Source: Nemertoderma westbladi (Eukaryota > Animalia > Xenacoelomorpha). From it: 64,000 bases of DNA. Below the pieces are notes generated by a model, which worked only from the letters and a program-made list of their open reading frames with translations, was not told where the DNA came from and did no database searches. Positions within the stretch are counted from its first letter, which is position 1. Every line of letters begins with the position of its first letter. The translations under genes and the position numbers were made by a program. Positions 37,872-49,300 of the stretch are shown here, piece after piece. Where the stretch lies: contig JAUCBJ010007002.1 of the NCBI GenBank assembly GCA_032718475.1, positions 9,028 to 73,027 of the forward strand, given 5' to 3'.

Positions 37872-40251
37872 ATGTCGGCTACTGCGGTTTCAAAAAATTA
37901 CTATTAACTTTATATTACTTTTATATTACAATTATAATTGGCAAACTGAAAGTAAATACCGGTATATACACTATACAGTATATATCGGTAATTAAAATCC
38001 GCCAGCATTATAGGATGATTTGTCTTGTGAGACTTTGGGTTTTTTAGAAGCTTTCAGAGACAGGCTCTTCCTAGCTCGTTTATAGTCCCTTCGTCGGCAT
38101 CCTGTGGCCATTTGAGGCCCAGGTTTTAGCTTCAGTTTCCTTGATATAAGCTGGGTAGCCGACGTGCCCCTATTGTGGACTAACGCTGTATAGTATGTAT
38201 GGAATGATAGAGTTGCTTTACCCTGGAACTTATCCTTTCCCAGCCTACCCCATAGTCGTGAATGGATCGATTCGTTCTGGTTCTGCGTCATAGCAGGGAG
38301 ACACCGCATTATCAGTTCACGATTCGTGAGCCTCTCATAGACTGGCATAATATATTTATGCCATTCTTCCTTTATGAAGGGTTTGTTTTTATATTCCGGA
38401 ATATCCTTTATATACTTGCACCATGATATGGGACAGTCCTTGTGCTGCTTTTTTGGGTCTTTGTAGGCTGTATAATGATGGACTGCTGCTTTTACCTCAA
38501 TAATTATTGTATCCAGGAGTGCTTCCAACTCTTTGCTTGATAAAGTTTTGTAGTCAATATCGGCAACATGGGAGACGATAGTGTTCCTGTAGAAACTACT
38601 GAGCTGGTAGATCTTTTTTTGGGTCATTCCACCGATGCCGCCAAGCTTGTGGGCTTTTCTCACGTTTTCGAGTCCATGAGTCATTCGTTTGGCCACATGG
38701 TTTATGCATTCTAGCTTCTCCACAGGATAGTCGGGGCCATATGGAGGGTTGTCTCTCAACTCAGCAAATACTGAACTATCTCCATCACTGAGGAGCTCTT
38801 TGTATCTAAGTTGGTGTCTCTCAACTGAACGGCCCCACATCTGCTTTGCTGCAAATGTCTCCATGGCAGCACTACTGCCAGAATAATTCATATCACATTT
38901 ATGATCGGGAACATTCCTTAGTTTGCTGTACTTCCTACAAATATTGCAGGACTTAGACACAATAAACACATCTAACACAGAGCCAGTTGTTGCGGACATC
39001 ACAAAGCAGATACAGTACAGAGAGGTATGACCACGTTTCTGCCATGTACCGTCAAACGTAACTGCCACATTATATATAGAGTCAACATTGGTATCTGAAT
39101 CATCGGCCGCCATGGTAGTCCATAGTTTCTGACCCTCGTTCGACGCATTTCCAAGAAATAACTTTTCGACAACATCGCTAATTGTCGAGATATAGCTGGA
39201 CCACCTTATCCTTGAGACTGGCATTGACGATTCAAAAACTTCAGAATAGATTTCAGCGCTATTATGACTTCCCCCCATCACAAGGAATGCGAGAACAGTT
39301 CGCATATTTATCAACCGGGCACCTTCGTTGGAATTGGCTTGAGAAACATTTTGAAGGTTGTATTGAAAGGAACAGTTATTACAGGACAGTTTTAGTGAGA
39401 AGAAATATCCCCGTGTAATATTCCGAGATATGTCCAAATGTCCAGAACACAGGTGGTTGTGTACCGCATCCAAACTGTTCTTCAGTGAAGAAAACTCCAT
39501 CACACAATGCCCCTCATAGTCATCCACAATGGGAGCGATCAGGTTATCTCCCCGTAATCCGATTCGATCCGTGGTTAAACTCCGTGGTCTCTTTTTCTGT
39601 TCCCGTAAGGAGTTGGTTACCTGCTCAGCTCCAGTCTGTTGGCTGCTAGTTCCACATTCCGGCACCACTTCTCCCCCTGTTGTGTCCCGCAGTGGTTGCT
39701 CACTTCTAATGGAACCGGTACCAGTACCTGTTTCCGAACCCAACACCACCAGTGATCCTGATTCCGAAAACATCCTGAGTGCTTCGATTTTGGTACTGAA
39801 CTCCGCCAAATCTTCCCTTCCTCGATCGTTTAGGTATTTTCGGCATATTATCACAAATTTACATTACAATACTTGCAGTAGGTCTACCTGCAGGTTTGAT
39901 CAGATATTTTACACATAGGCCTACCAACTGCCCTATATACAGTAGAATAGCCTAGCCCTGCCTAGCCTTTCTCAACAACATTTCAAAATTCCCGCCGGAT
40001 TATATAGCTATTAATATTGGTATGGTTTTACGTTTTCAATGTCAAAATGGAGAATTTGTGCAAAAAATGAAAATTTGCACATAATTAGGCCGATTTAGCT
40101 CCAATTAAACGCTTATATCTTTTGAACTAGAAAAGATACAGAAAAAACGAAGGCAGCTCTGGATCCGCCTTGAAATTTTGAGCCAGAATCGGTAAAAAAA
40201 TTATTTTTGAATATTTGAACCACAAGGGGTTAACCCCCCCCCCCCCCCCCC
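37872..40251 (-). mobile_element. DNA transposon E (5' part); probable terminus TTAA|GGGG...GTTAACCCCTTG on the minus strand
   Basis: Transposase plus a TTAA-bounded purine-starting end at 40251; the other end is not in the window. Confidence 0.55.
37992..39854 (-). CDS. DDE transposase, Mutator-like domain family (Kolobok-type element likely), 620 aa uninterrupted
   Basis: CNNC, FDGTWQKRGHTS, SKSCNIC, LLSDGDSS, KLECINHVAKR, H...H..C...WC, TQNQNESIH, basic C-terminus; true start uncertain. Confidence 0.85.
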   Translation of the reverse strand: MIICRKYLNDRGREDLAEFSTKIEALRMFSESGSLVVLGSETGTGTGSIRSEQPLRDTTGGEVVPECGTSSQQTGAEQVTNSLREQKKRPRSLTTDRIGLRGDNLIAPIVDDYEGHCVMEFSSLKNSLDAVHNHLCSGHLDISRNITRGYFFSLKLSCNNCSFQYNLQNVSQANSNEGARLINMRTVLAFLVMGGSHNSAEIYSEVFESSMPVSRIRWSSYISTISDVVEKLFLGNASNEGQKLWTTMAADDSDTNVDSIYNVAVTFDGTWQKRGHTSLYCICFVMSATTGSVLDVFIVSKSCNICRKYSKLRNVPDHKCDMNYSGSSAAMETFAAKQMWGRSVERHQLRYKELLSDGDSSVFAELRDNPPYGPDYPVEKLECINHVAKRMTHGLENVRKAHKLGGIGGMTQKKIYQLSSFYRNTIVSHVADIDYKTLSSKELEALLDTIIIEVKAAVHHYTAYKDPKKQHKDCPISWCKYIKDIPEYKNKPFIKEEWHKYIMPVYERLTNRELIMRCLPAMTQNQNESIHSRLWGRLGKDKFQGKATLSFHTYYTALVHNRGTSATQLISRKLKLKPGPQMATGCRRRDYKRARKSLSLKASKKPKVSQDKSSYNAGGF

Positions 40252-41091
40252 TTAAGTAAACAAGAAACTGGTCTGACTGGAGTTTATTATCAAAAATATG
40301 GAAAGTCATCTACATAGCGCCTGTAAAGTTTCGGTTTAAAGGATGGGGGGGGGGGGGGGGCATTCATTAATCAAGTTCCTAGTGAGCTAAAAATGCAATT
40401 TAGAGATGGCCGGCCATGGCTATAGAGCCCATAGCTACAAAATCCTTCTGGTAATATCAATATTAATTAAATAAACGAATTGTAGTTGAGCTGTTAATGA
40501 AACTAATTAATGATATTGTAAGTTGTTCAGAAATGGACATGAAATGAACACATTGTTACTATCAATAAATCAGAAATGGGCAGTTCGTATACAAAATTTT
40601 TGACGTTTGGCAAAATTTTTACACTGCCGAATACCAGGCAAGGCAGTGTAGCCACTACGTTGTAATATTAATTAAGATATTAAGCATAACAAATGGACAC
40701 CGGTGCTAATAAAGATAAAAAAAAATATTAAAGATTAATTCGGTGTCCTTGAAATCCTTTTAAAGGTGAGTTTTGTTTACCTGTTGTACTGAATTTCACA
40801 TAAAATCTTTTCAGCCCTCATAGATGAAATGTACCATTCGTATCTCAGCCATTCTTCACATTATTCATAGAAACAATGTGTTGGCAAGCTGTCTTTTTCG
40901 AGGTATTTGTTATTATACATTTATTATAGGAAGGGATCTAGGGGTCTTAACCTCGAATGATAAGTTTATTTAACGAAAATAACTTATATTTTATTGGCGC
41001 AATTGTAGGACTAATCCATCACATGCGTACTTTTTAACCGGGTAGTGTACAAAATTTAGGAGTCAAAGTTGAAATTAAAATCTCACATCTC

Positions 41092-41145
41092 TCCAAACCA
41101 CGTACGCGTTTCGATCTTTCTGGGTCTCATAAGCGTGGTGTCGGA
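41092..41145 (-). ncRNA. Degenerate hammerhead copy (core CTTATGA, stem II mismatch)
   Basis: Inverted copy; stem I shows a compensatory change (CCACG/CGTGG). Confidence 0.75.
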
Positions 41146-41201
41146 TTCGAACGAAAATGGCAGCTGTCTTTGAAATTAATACTCCATATCTCAAGAACGT
41201 G

Positions 41202-41253
41202 TGGCCTAGTGGTTGTAGTCTCGGCTTCCACTCGATGTCCCAGGTTCAAATCC
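41202..41253 (+). promoter_or_regulatory. tRNA-like Pol III A box (TGGCCTAGTGG) and B box (GGTTCAAATCC)
   Basis: Both match consensus with 30-nt spacing; no full cloverleaf. Confidence 0.65.
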
Positions 41254-41341
41254 GACACCTACCCACTACAACCACTAGGCCACAGGTTCTTGAGATAATA
41301 TGGAGTATTAATCTCAAAGCCAGCTGCCATTTTCGTTCGAG

Positions 41342-41395
41342 TCCGACACCATGCTGATGAGACCCAGTAAGGTCGAAACGCGTACATGGTTTGGA
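41342..41395 (+). ncRNA. Minimal type I hammerhead ribozyme; predicted cleavage after GUA (41384)
   Basis: Stem I ACCATG/CATGGT, CTGATGA, stem II GACC-cagtaa-GGTC, GAAA, palindromic stem III ACGCGT, GTA triplet. Confidence 0.88.
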
Positions 41396-41957
41396 GAGAT
41401 ATGAGATATTAATTTCAATAAAAATTACGCGATTCCTAAATTTGTACAATACCCGGTTAAAAAGTACGCATGTGAAGGGATTAGTCCTACAATTGCGCCA
41501 ATAAAAGATAAGTTATTTTCGGTAAAATAAACTTATCATTCGAGGTTAAGACCCCTAGATCCCTTCCTGTAATAAATTCTTCACATTGGTCGTGATTTTA
41601 TATTATTATTACAAAGCTTGCGTTGCAAGGATTCCAAATATGTAACAATGTCTGAATTTTGTAGATAAACAGCTGAGATATAGGCGTTATTTTTAAAGAT
41701 TGCAAAGATTATCGTTTGCTGGAATGTAACAGGCCAGTGTAAATTTCATTAATTCCTCATTAAATCGCCACATTTTCTCCAATTAATTAATTATACTGGA
41801 TCATCACTAATTTGCTGCTTACTATAGTCTGCTACTCTTCTATGATCCGCAAAATATACAGTATTTTCAGACATTTTCTGAGCATTAACAAGGAAATATA
41901 AATCCAACAAATATGTTTCAGAATGACTGAGAACTAGAGACGGCGTCAAGACGCCGT

Positions 41958-42268
41958 TAAGCAAGTCGGAAGTCATCAATCAAATGTAAATTCCATCAAC
42001 AAGCTCTCATTGGTGTTATTTTACCATTGCGCCTATGGCGTTTATTCGTTTATCTCTATTTTTCGAGCCCAGAGGCTATGGACGGAGTAGCCGATCATTA
42101 CAGGGACCTTAGAATCGCGGTATCTAGATGCTGTGAAAATTTCATCAAAATCGTTAGAGTAGTTTAGGCTGTAGATCAGCCAGCCAGTCAGCCAGCCAGT
42201 CAGCCAACAATTCTTACAGTAATCAAGTCCTATGACTTGCTAACTAGTGACGGGCCTAGCGGCCCGAT
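41958..42268. mobile_element. Minimal ~310-bp Helentron-like unit Z
   Basis: Inverted repeat AGCAAGTC / GACTTGCT, shared core with (CAGC/CAGT)n microsatellite, ACTAGTGA and hairpin CGGGCC-tagc-GGCCCG. Confidence 0.65.
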
Positions 42269-42359
42269 AAGGAACCGACTTTTTATTTCAAATAAAAGAG
42301 ACAACGAGCTCGGCTCGGTCTTGCACGATTGGGCACGATTAAGTTCGACTTGGCTTGAT

Positions 42360-43087
42360 CGGCTCGGTTTGGCTCGATTAGGCTCGGCTCAGCTCGGCTC
42401 GGCTTGGCTTGGTTCGGCACGGCTCGGCTCGGCTCGGCTCGGCTCGGCTCGGCTCGGCTCGGCTCGGCTCGGCTCGGCTCGGCTCGGCTCGGCTCGGCTC
42501 GGCTCGGCTCGGCTCGGCTCGGCTCGGCTCGGCTCGGCTCGGCTCGGCTCGGCTCGGCTCGGCTCGGCTCGGCTCGGCTCGGCTCGGCTCGGCTCGGCTC
42601 GGCTCGGCTCGGCTCGGCTCGGCTCGGCTCGGCTCGGCTCGGCTCGGCTCGGCTCGGCTCGGCTCGGCTCGATTAGGCTCGGCTCGGCCTGGCTCGGCTC
42701 GGCTCGGCTCGGCTCGGCTCGGCTCGGCTCGGCTCGGCTCGGCTCGGCTCGGCTCGGCTCGGCTCGGCTCGGCTCGGCTCGGCTCGGCTCGGCTCGGCTC
42801 GGCTCGGCTCGGCTCGGCTCGGCACGGCTCGGTTCGGCTCGGCTCGGCTGGGCTCGGCTCGGCTCGGCTCGGCTCGGCTCGGCTCGGCTCGGCTCGGCTC
42901 GGCTCGGCTCGGCACGGCTCGGCTCGGCTCGGCTCGGCTCGGCTCGGCTCGGCTCGGCTCGGCTCGGCTCGGCTCGGCTCGGCTCGGCTCGGCTCGGCTC
43001 GGCTCGGCTCGGCTCGGCTCGGCTCGGCTCGGCTCGCCTCGGCTCGGCTCGGCTCGGCTCGGCTTGGCTTGGCTCGGCTTAGCTCGG
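42360..43087. repeat. (GGCTC)n pentanucleotide tract, ~145 copies
   Basis: Directly visible. Confidence 0.98.
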
Positions 43088-43101
43088 TCTGAGTCGACTC
43101 C

Positions 43102-43350
43102 CCGTGCTGCTCAAAGGGCGCAAATACATATATCGAAGGGTCAAAGCAAAACTCACGTGCTGCTCGAAGGGACAAAGTCAAACAATGTGTCTATTGTTTG
43201 ATGTAATTCACGTGCTGCTCGAAGGGCGCAAATACATATATCGAAGGGTCAAAGCAAAACTCACGTGCTGCTCGAAGGGACAAAGTCAAACATTGTGTCT
43301 ATTATTTGATTATCTCACGTGCTGCTAGAAGGGCGCAACTACATATATCG
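43102..43350. repeat. Five ~53-bp units with (CA)CGTGCTGCTCGAAGGG, also at ~57895-58145 and ~59933-60185
   Basis: Directly visible downstream of each GGCTC tract. Confidence 0.9.
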
Positions 43351-46300
43351 AAACAAGCCCCTGTCTTGTATTTTAATTATATCAGAAATCGTTGCCTTCA
43401 GTACAAATATCTAAAAATTCATTCACCTGAAGTATGGGTAACATTATAAATTCGTTTTTCGCACAGTAGAGTTAACTAAGCAAATACCCTCCAGGTTGAC
43501 TGAATGATTTTATTAATGTTTGCTATGCATAATGTACTATATTTGGGTCCCATGACCCACCCCATTGAACAGCTTTGCTTACATCTGATAGAAAGTAATC
43601 CCAAATTAACTTCCCTCTACGAAAATTATTTTAATTAAATACATACAACATAGCAGTCAACTCTGCTATCAACAGTACACAATAACTAAAATGGCATTCA
43701 GCTTACCAGCTATTCGCATTAAGCTAATAGATATTCGATTTCATTGGATTCAGTGAGTGAGAATCCCACAGCTTTTGTTTGCTTACTGTCTGAGTTGTAG
43801 AGTGAGGATAATAGTTGGCAGAGAAAGCATTTCCTTGTTAGGTGGCCATTCCTATAGAATAGCATTACTAGGCTATCTCTATGCATTTTTCATGAGTGCC
43901 AGCTGGTGTTTTTATCATTGCGCCTATGGCGTTTTTTCGTTTATGTCTATTTTTCGAGCCCACGGCTCATGGACAAAATAGCGGAACATTCCAGGGACCT
44001 TAGAATCGCGGTATCCAGCCGCTGTGAAAATTTCATCAAAATCGTTAGAGTAGTTTTGGCTGTAGATCAGCCAGCCAGCCAGTCAGTCAGTCAGTCACGA
44101 GCAATTCTTACAGTAATAATGAACCTCTCGGTTCCTAACTAGTGACGGGCCTAGCGGCCCGATAAGGAACCGACTTTTTATTTCAAATAAAAGAGACAAC
44201 GAGAATTATTATAGAACTAATAATTATGTAAAAATACAATCATATTTCATACAATAATTATTAATAAATTCGATCTATTATTAGTTACTCAATTCTAGAA
44301 CAAAATCGACCTTCAACTAGTGAAGACCTCGTTTTGGAATTTTGAAACCACGCTGGTGCGATGCGCGATATCGTGTTTAGTTAATAAATTGAAAACTCCA
44401 TCAATTCATGTGCAACCAGTAATAAGAAATCGCGATAAATGTAATTAAATAAAAATTATTCTAGAAAAATTTTCCTCAAAAAGTATGAAGTCTTGGCGTT
44501 GGTGACGCGAAACTAGGCTAGTGAGATTCAGGATATTGCGTTTAATATAAAAATCGAAAACGCTATCGAATTCCGTAAAGGCGTTAATAAAATACTGAAA
44601 CTTTTTTGAAATTTGTAAAATTCTAGAACTGGAAAAAATTATTTTTTGAACGGCGCTGTTTGGGGTTTGGAAACATGGATAGGCTGAAAGAGGACATCTA
44701 ATTAAGTTGAAAAATGAAAACCCCATCGAATTTGGACAAAGCGTTCCGGAGTTATAGCGGATCGAAAAAAATTGACCCCCCCCCCCAGTCGCCAAAAATT
44801 TACAGTAATTTAAAATTTTGCAAAAAAAATTTTTTGCGTTATTTTTGATGGCGAATCGATTGGCAGTACTGGCTACGAAAAATTTTTTTTTGAAATTTTT
44901 GGTCAGGAAAAAAAACATGGAAAAAGTATATTTTTAAAAAGATTTGATGTCTTTGCCTATGGTCAGAGAATGATCCAACTCTGTAACTTGGCAATCGCTC
45001 AAATCCATTCAGCTGAATGGCACAGTAGAGTAAACTAAAGTAAATTCCCTATACAATGTTCAGAAGGGGTGACTGACAGAGAGTAATCCAACAATAAAAC
45101 ATTTTGCAATAATGTTGGCATTAATGTAGCCAACTCACTGTGTACGTAACAGTCATTCAGCTTACATTAGCAGAGTGAGATATTCCCATAGATTGCATTG
45201 GGAAGAGTAATTCAGCTGAGGCGATATTAGATTTCAAACTAAACCAACCAGTTAATAATGTTTGCTTTGACAGAGAGTGGTGGCCTATACAAACAGTATG
45301 GGTGTACTGAGTATAATAATCTTGGCAACCTCATCGATTTATTACTAAGCCTTCTGTAGAAATGCATTACATAAGCCATTTTTCATCACGACACCAGCTG
45401 TCGTGGGTGTTATTTTACCATTGCGCCTATGGCGTTTTTTCGTTTATCTCTATTTTTCGAGCCCAGAGGCTATGGACGGAGTAGCCGATCATGCCAGGGA
45501 CCTTAGAATCGCGGTATCTAGATGCTGTGAAAATTTCATCAAAATCGTTAGAGTAGTTTTGGCTGTAGATCAGCCAGTCAGCCAGCCAGCCAGCCAGCCA
45601 GTCAGCTAACAATTCTTACAGTAATGAACCTCTCGGTTCCTAACTAGTGACGGGCCTAGCGGCCCGATAAGGAACCGACTTTTTATTTTAAATAAAAGAG
45701 ACAACGAGAATTAGTATAGAACTAATAATTATGTAAAAATACAATCACATTTCATACAATAATTATTAATAAATTCGATCTATTATTAGTTGCTCAATTC
45801 TAGAACAAAATCGACCTGCAACTAGTGAAGAACTCGTTTTGGAATTTCGAAACCACGCTGGTGCGATGCGCGATATCGTGTTTAGTTAATAAATTGATAA
45901 CTCCATCAATTCATGTGCAACCAGTAATAAGAAATCGCGATAAATGTAATTAAATAAAAATTATTCTAGAAAAATTTTCCTCAAAAAGTATGAAGTCTTG
46001 GCATTGGTGACGCGAAACTAGGCTAGTGAGATTCAGGATATTGCGTTTAATATAAAAATCGAAAACGCTATCAAATTTCGTAAAGGCGTTAATAAAATAC
46101 TGCAACTTTTTTGAAATTTGTAAAATTCTAGAACTGGAAAAAATTAATTTTTGAACGGCGCTGTTTGGGGTTTGGAAACATGGATAGGCTGAAAGAGGAC
46201 ATCGAATTAAGTTGAAAAATGAAAACCCCATCGAATTTGGACAAAGCGTTCCGGAGTTATAGCGGATCGAAAAAAATGGACCCCCCCCAGTCGCCAAAAA

Positions 46301-49300
46301 TTTACAGTAATTTAAAATTTTGCAAAATAAATTTTTTGCGTTATTTTTGATGGCGAATCGATTGGCAGTACTGGCTACGAAAAAATTTTTTTTGAAATTT
46401 TTGGTCAGAAAAAAAAACAAAAAGTATATTTTTAAAAAGATTTGATGTCTTTGCCTATGGTCAGAGAATGATCCAACTCTGTAACTTGGCAATCGCTCAA
46501 ATCCATTCAGCTGAATGGCACATTAGAGTAAACTAAAGTAAATTCCCTATACAATGTTCTGAAGGGGAGACTGACAGAGAGTAATCCAACCAATAAAACA
46601 TTTTGCAATAATGTTGGCATTAATGTAGCCAACTCACTGTCTACGTAACTGTCATTCAGCTTACATTAGCAGAGTGAGATATTCCCATAGGTGGCATTGG
46701 GAAGAGTAATTCAGCTGAGGCGATATTAGATTTCAAACTAAACCAACCAGTTAATATTTGCTTTGACAGAGAGTGCAGGGCCTAAACAAACAGTATGGGT
46801 GTACTAAGTACATAAGTACAATAATCTTGGCAACCTCATCGATTTATACTAAGCCTTGTGTAGAAATGCATTACATAAGCCATTTTTCATCAGGACACCA
46901 GCTGTCATGGGTGTTATTTTACCATTGCGCCTATGGCGTTTTTTCGTTTATCTCTATTTTTCGAGCCCAGAGGCTATGGACGGAGTAGCCGATCATGCCA
47001 GGGACCTTAGAATCGCGGTATCTAGATGCTGTGAAAATTTCATCAAAATCGTTAGAGTAGTTTTGGCTATAGATTAACCAGCCAGCCAGCCAGTCAATCA
47101 GCCAACAATTCTTACAGTAATGAACCTCTCGGTTCCTAACTAGTGACGGGCCTAGCGGCCCGATAAGGAACCGACTTTTTATTTTATTAAATAAAAGAGA
47201 CACCGAGAATTAGTATAGAACTAATAATTATCTAAAAATACAATCATATTTCATACAATAATTATTAATAAATTCGATCTATTATTAGTTTCTCAATTCT
47301 AGAACAAAATCGACCTGCAACTAGTGAAGACCTCGTTTTAGAATTTCGAAACCACGCTGGTGCGATGCGCGATATCGTGTTTAGTTAATAAATTGAAAAC
47401 TCCATCAATTCATGTGCAATCAGTAATAAGAAATCGCTATAAATGTAATTAAATAAAAATTATTCTAGAAAAATTTTCCTCAAAAAATATGAAATCTTGG
47501 CATTGGTGACGCGAAACTAGGCTAGTGAGATTCAGGATATTGCGTTTAATATAAAAATCGAAAACGCTATCGAATTCCGTAAAGGCGTTAATAAAATACT
47601 GCAACTTTTTTGAAATTTGTAAAATTCTAGAACTAGAAAAAAATAATTTTTGGACGGCGCTGTTTGGGGTTTCGAAACATGGATAGGCTGAAAGAGGACA
47701 TCGAATTAAGTTGAAAAATGAAAACCCCATCGAATTTGGACAAAGCGTTCCGGAGTTATAGCGGATCGAAAAAAATTGACCCCCCCCAGTCGCCAAAAAT
47801 TTACAGTAATTTAAAATTTTGTAAAAAAAATTTTTTGCGTTATTTTTGATGGCGAATCGATTGGCAGTACTGGCTACGAAAAATTTTTTTTTTAATTTTT
47901 GGTCAGAAAAAAAAACATCGAAAAAGTATATTTTTAAAAAGATTTGATGTCTTTGCCTATGGTCAGAGAATGATCCAACTCTGTACTTGGCAATCGCTCA
48001 AATCCATTCAGCTGAATGGCACAGTAGAGTAAACTAAAGTATATTTCATACAATAATTATTAATAAATTATTCTAGAAAAATGTTCCTCAAAAAGTATGA
48101 AGTCTTGGCATTGGTGACGCGAAACTAGGCTAGTGAGATTCAGGATATTGCGTTTAATATAAAAATCGAAAACGCTATCGAATTCCGTAAAGGCGTTAAT
48201 AAAATACTGCAACTTTTTTGAAATTTGTAAAATTCTAGAACTAGAAAAAATTAATTTTTGAACGGCGCTGTTTGGGGTTTCGAAACATGGATAGGCTGAA
48301 AGAGGACATCGAATTAAGTTGAAAAATAAAAACCCCATCGAATTTGGACAAAGCGTTCCGGAGTTATAGCGGATCGAAAAAAATTGACCCCCCCCAGTCG
48401 CCAAAAATTTACAGTAATTTAAAATTTTGCAAAAAAAATTTTTTGCGTTATTTTTGATGGCAAATCGATTGACAGTACTGGCTATGAAAAAATCTTTTTG
48501 AAATTTTTGGTCAGAAAAAAAACATGGAAAAAGTATCTTTTTAAAAAGATTTGCTGTCTTTGCCTATGGTCAGAGAATGATCCAACTCTGTTACTTGGCA
48601 ATCGCTCAAATCCATTCAGCTGAATGGCACAGTAGAGTAAACTAAAGTATATTCCCTATACAATGTTCTGAAGGGGAGACTGACAGAGAGTCCAACAATA
48701 AAACATTTTGCAAAAATGTTGACATTAATGTAGCCAACTCACTGTGTACTTAAGTCATTCAGCTTACATTAGCAGAGGGAGATATTCCCATAGAGTGCGC
48801 ATTGGGAAGAGTAATTCAGCTGAGGCAATAATAGATTTCAAACTAAACCAACCAGTTAACAGAGTGTCCTAAGGCCTAAACAAACAGTATTGGTGTACTA
48901 AGTGAATAATCTTGGCAACCTCATCGATTTATACTAAGCCTTGTGTAGAAATCCATTACGTAAGCCATTTTTCATCACGACACCAGCTGTTATTGGTGAT
49001 ATTTTACCATTGCGCCTATGGCGTTTTTTCGTTTATGTCTATTTTTCGAGCCCACGGCTCATGGACGAAATAGCGGAACATATCAGGGACCTTAGAATCG
49101 CGGTATCCAGCCGCTGTGAAAATTTCATCAAAATCGTTAGAGTAGTTTTGGCTATAGATTAGCCAGCCAGCCAGTCAATCAATCAGCCAACAATTCTTAC
49201 AGTAATGAACCTCTCGGTTCCTAACTAGTGACGGGCCTAGCGGCCCGATAAGGAACCGACTTTTTATTTTAAATAAAAGAGACAACGAGAATTAGTATAG

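Larger units (their letters stand above)
40863..41575. mobile_element. Penelope-like or retrozyme-type palindromic insertion with hammerhead ribozymes
   Basis: Inverted arms 40919-41219 and 41265-41577; direct repeat ATTCTTCACATT at 40851-40862 and 41576-41587. Confidence 0.75.
40843..41957. mobile_element. Helentron/DINE-1-like non-autonomous unit W (hosts the hammerhead insertion)
   Basis: Subterminal inverted repeat TCTCAGCCATTCT / AGAATGACTGAGA, then ACTAGAGA and hairpin CGGCGTC-aa-GACGCCG. Confidence 0.6.

Noticed and set aside
41195-41264. Functional tRNA gene
   Set aside because: A and B boxes are present, but I could not fold convincing acceptor and anticodon stems.
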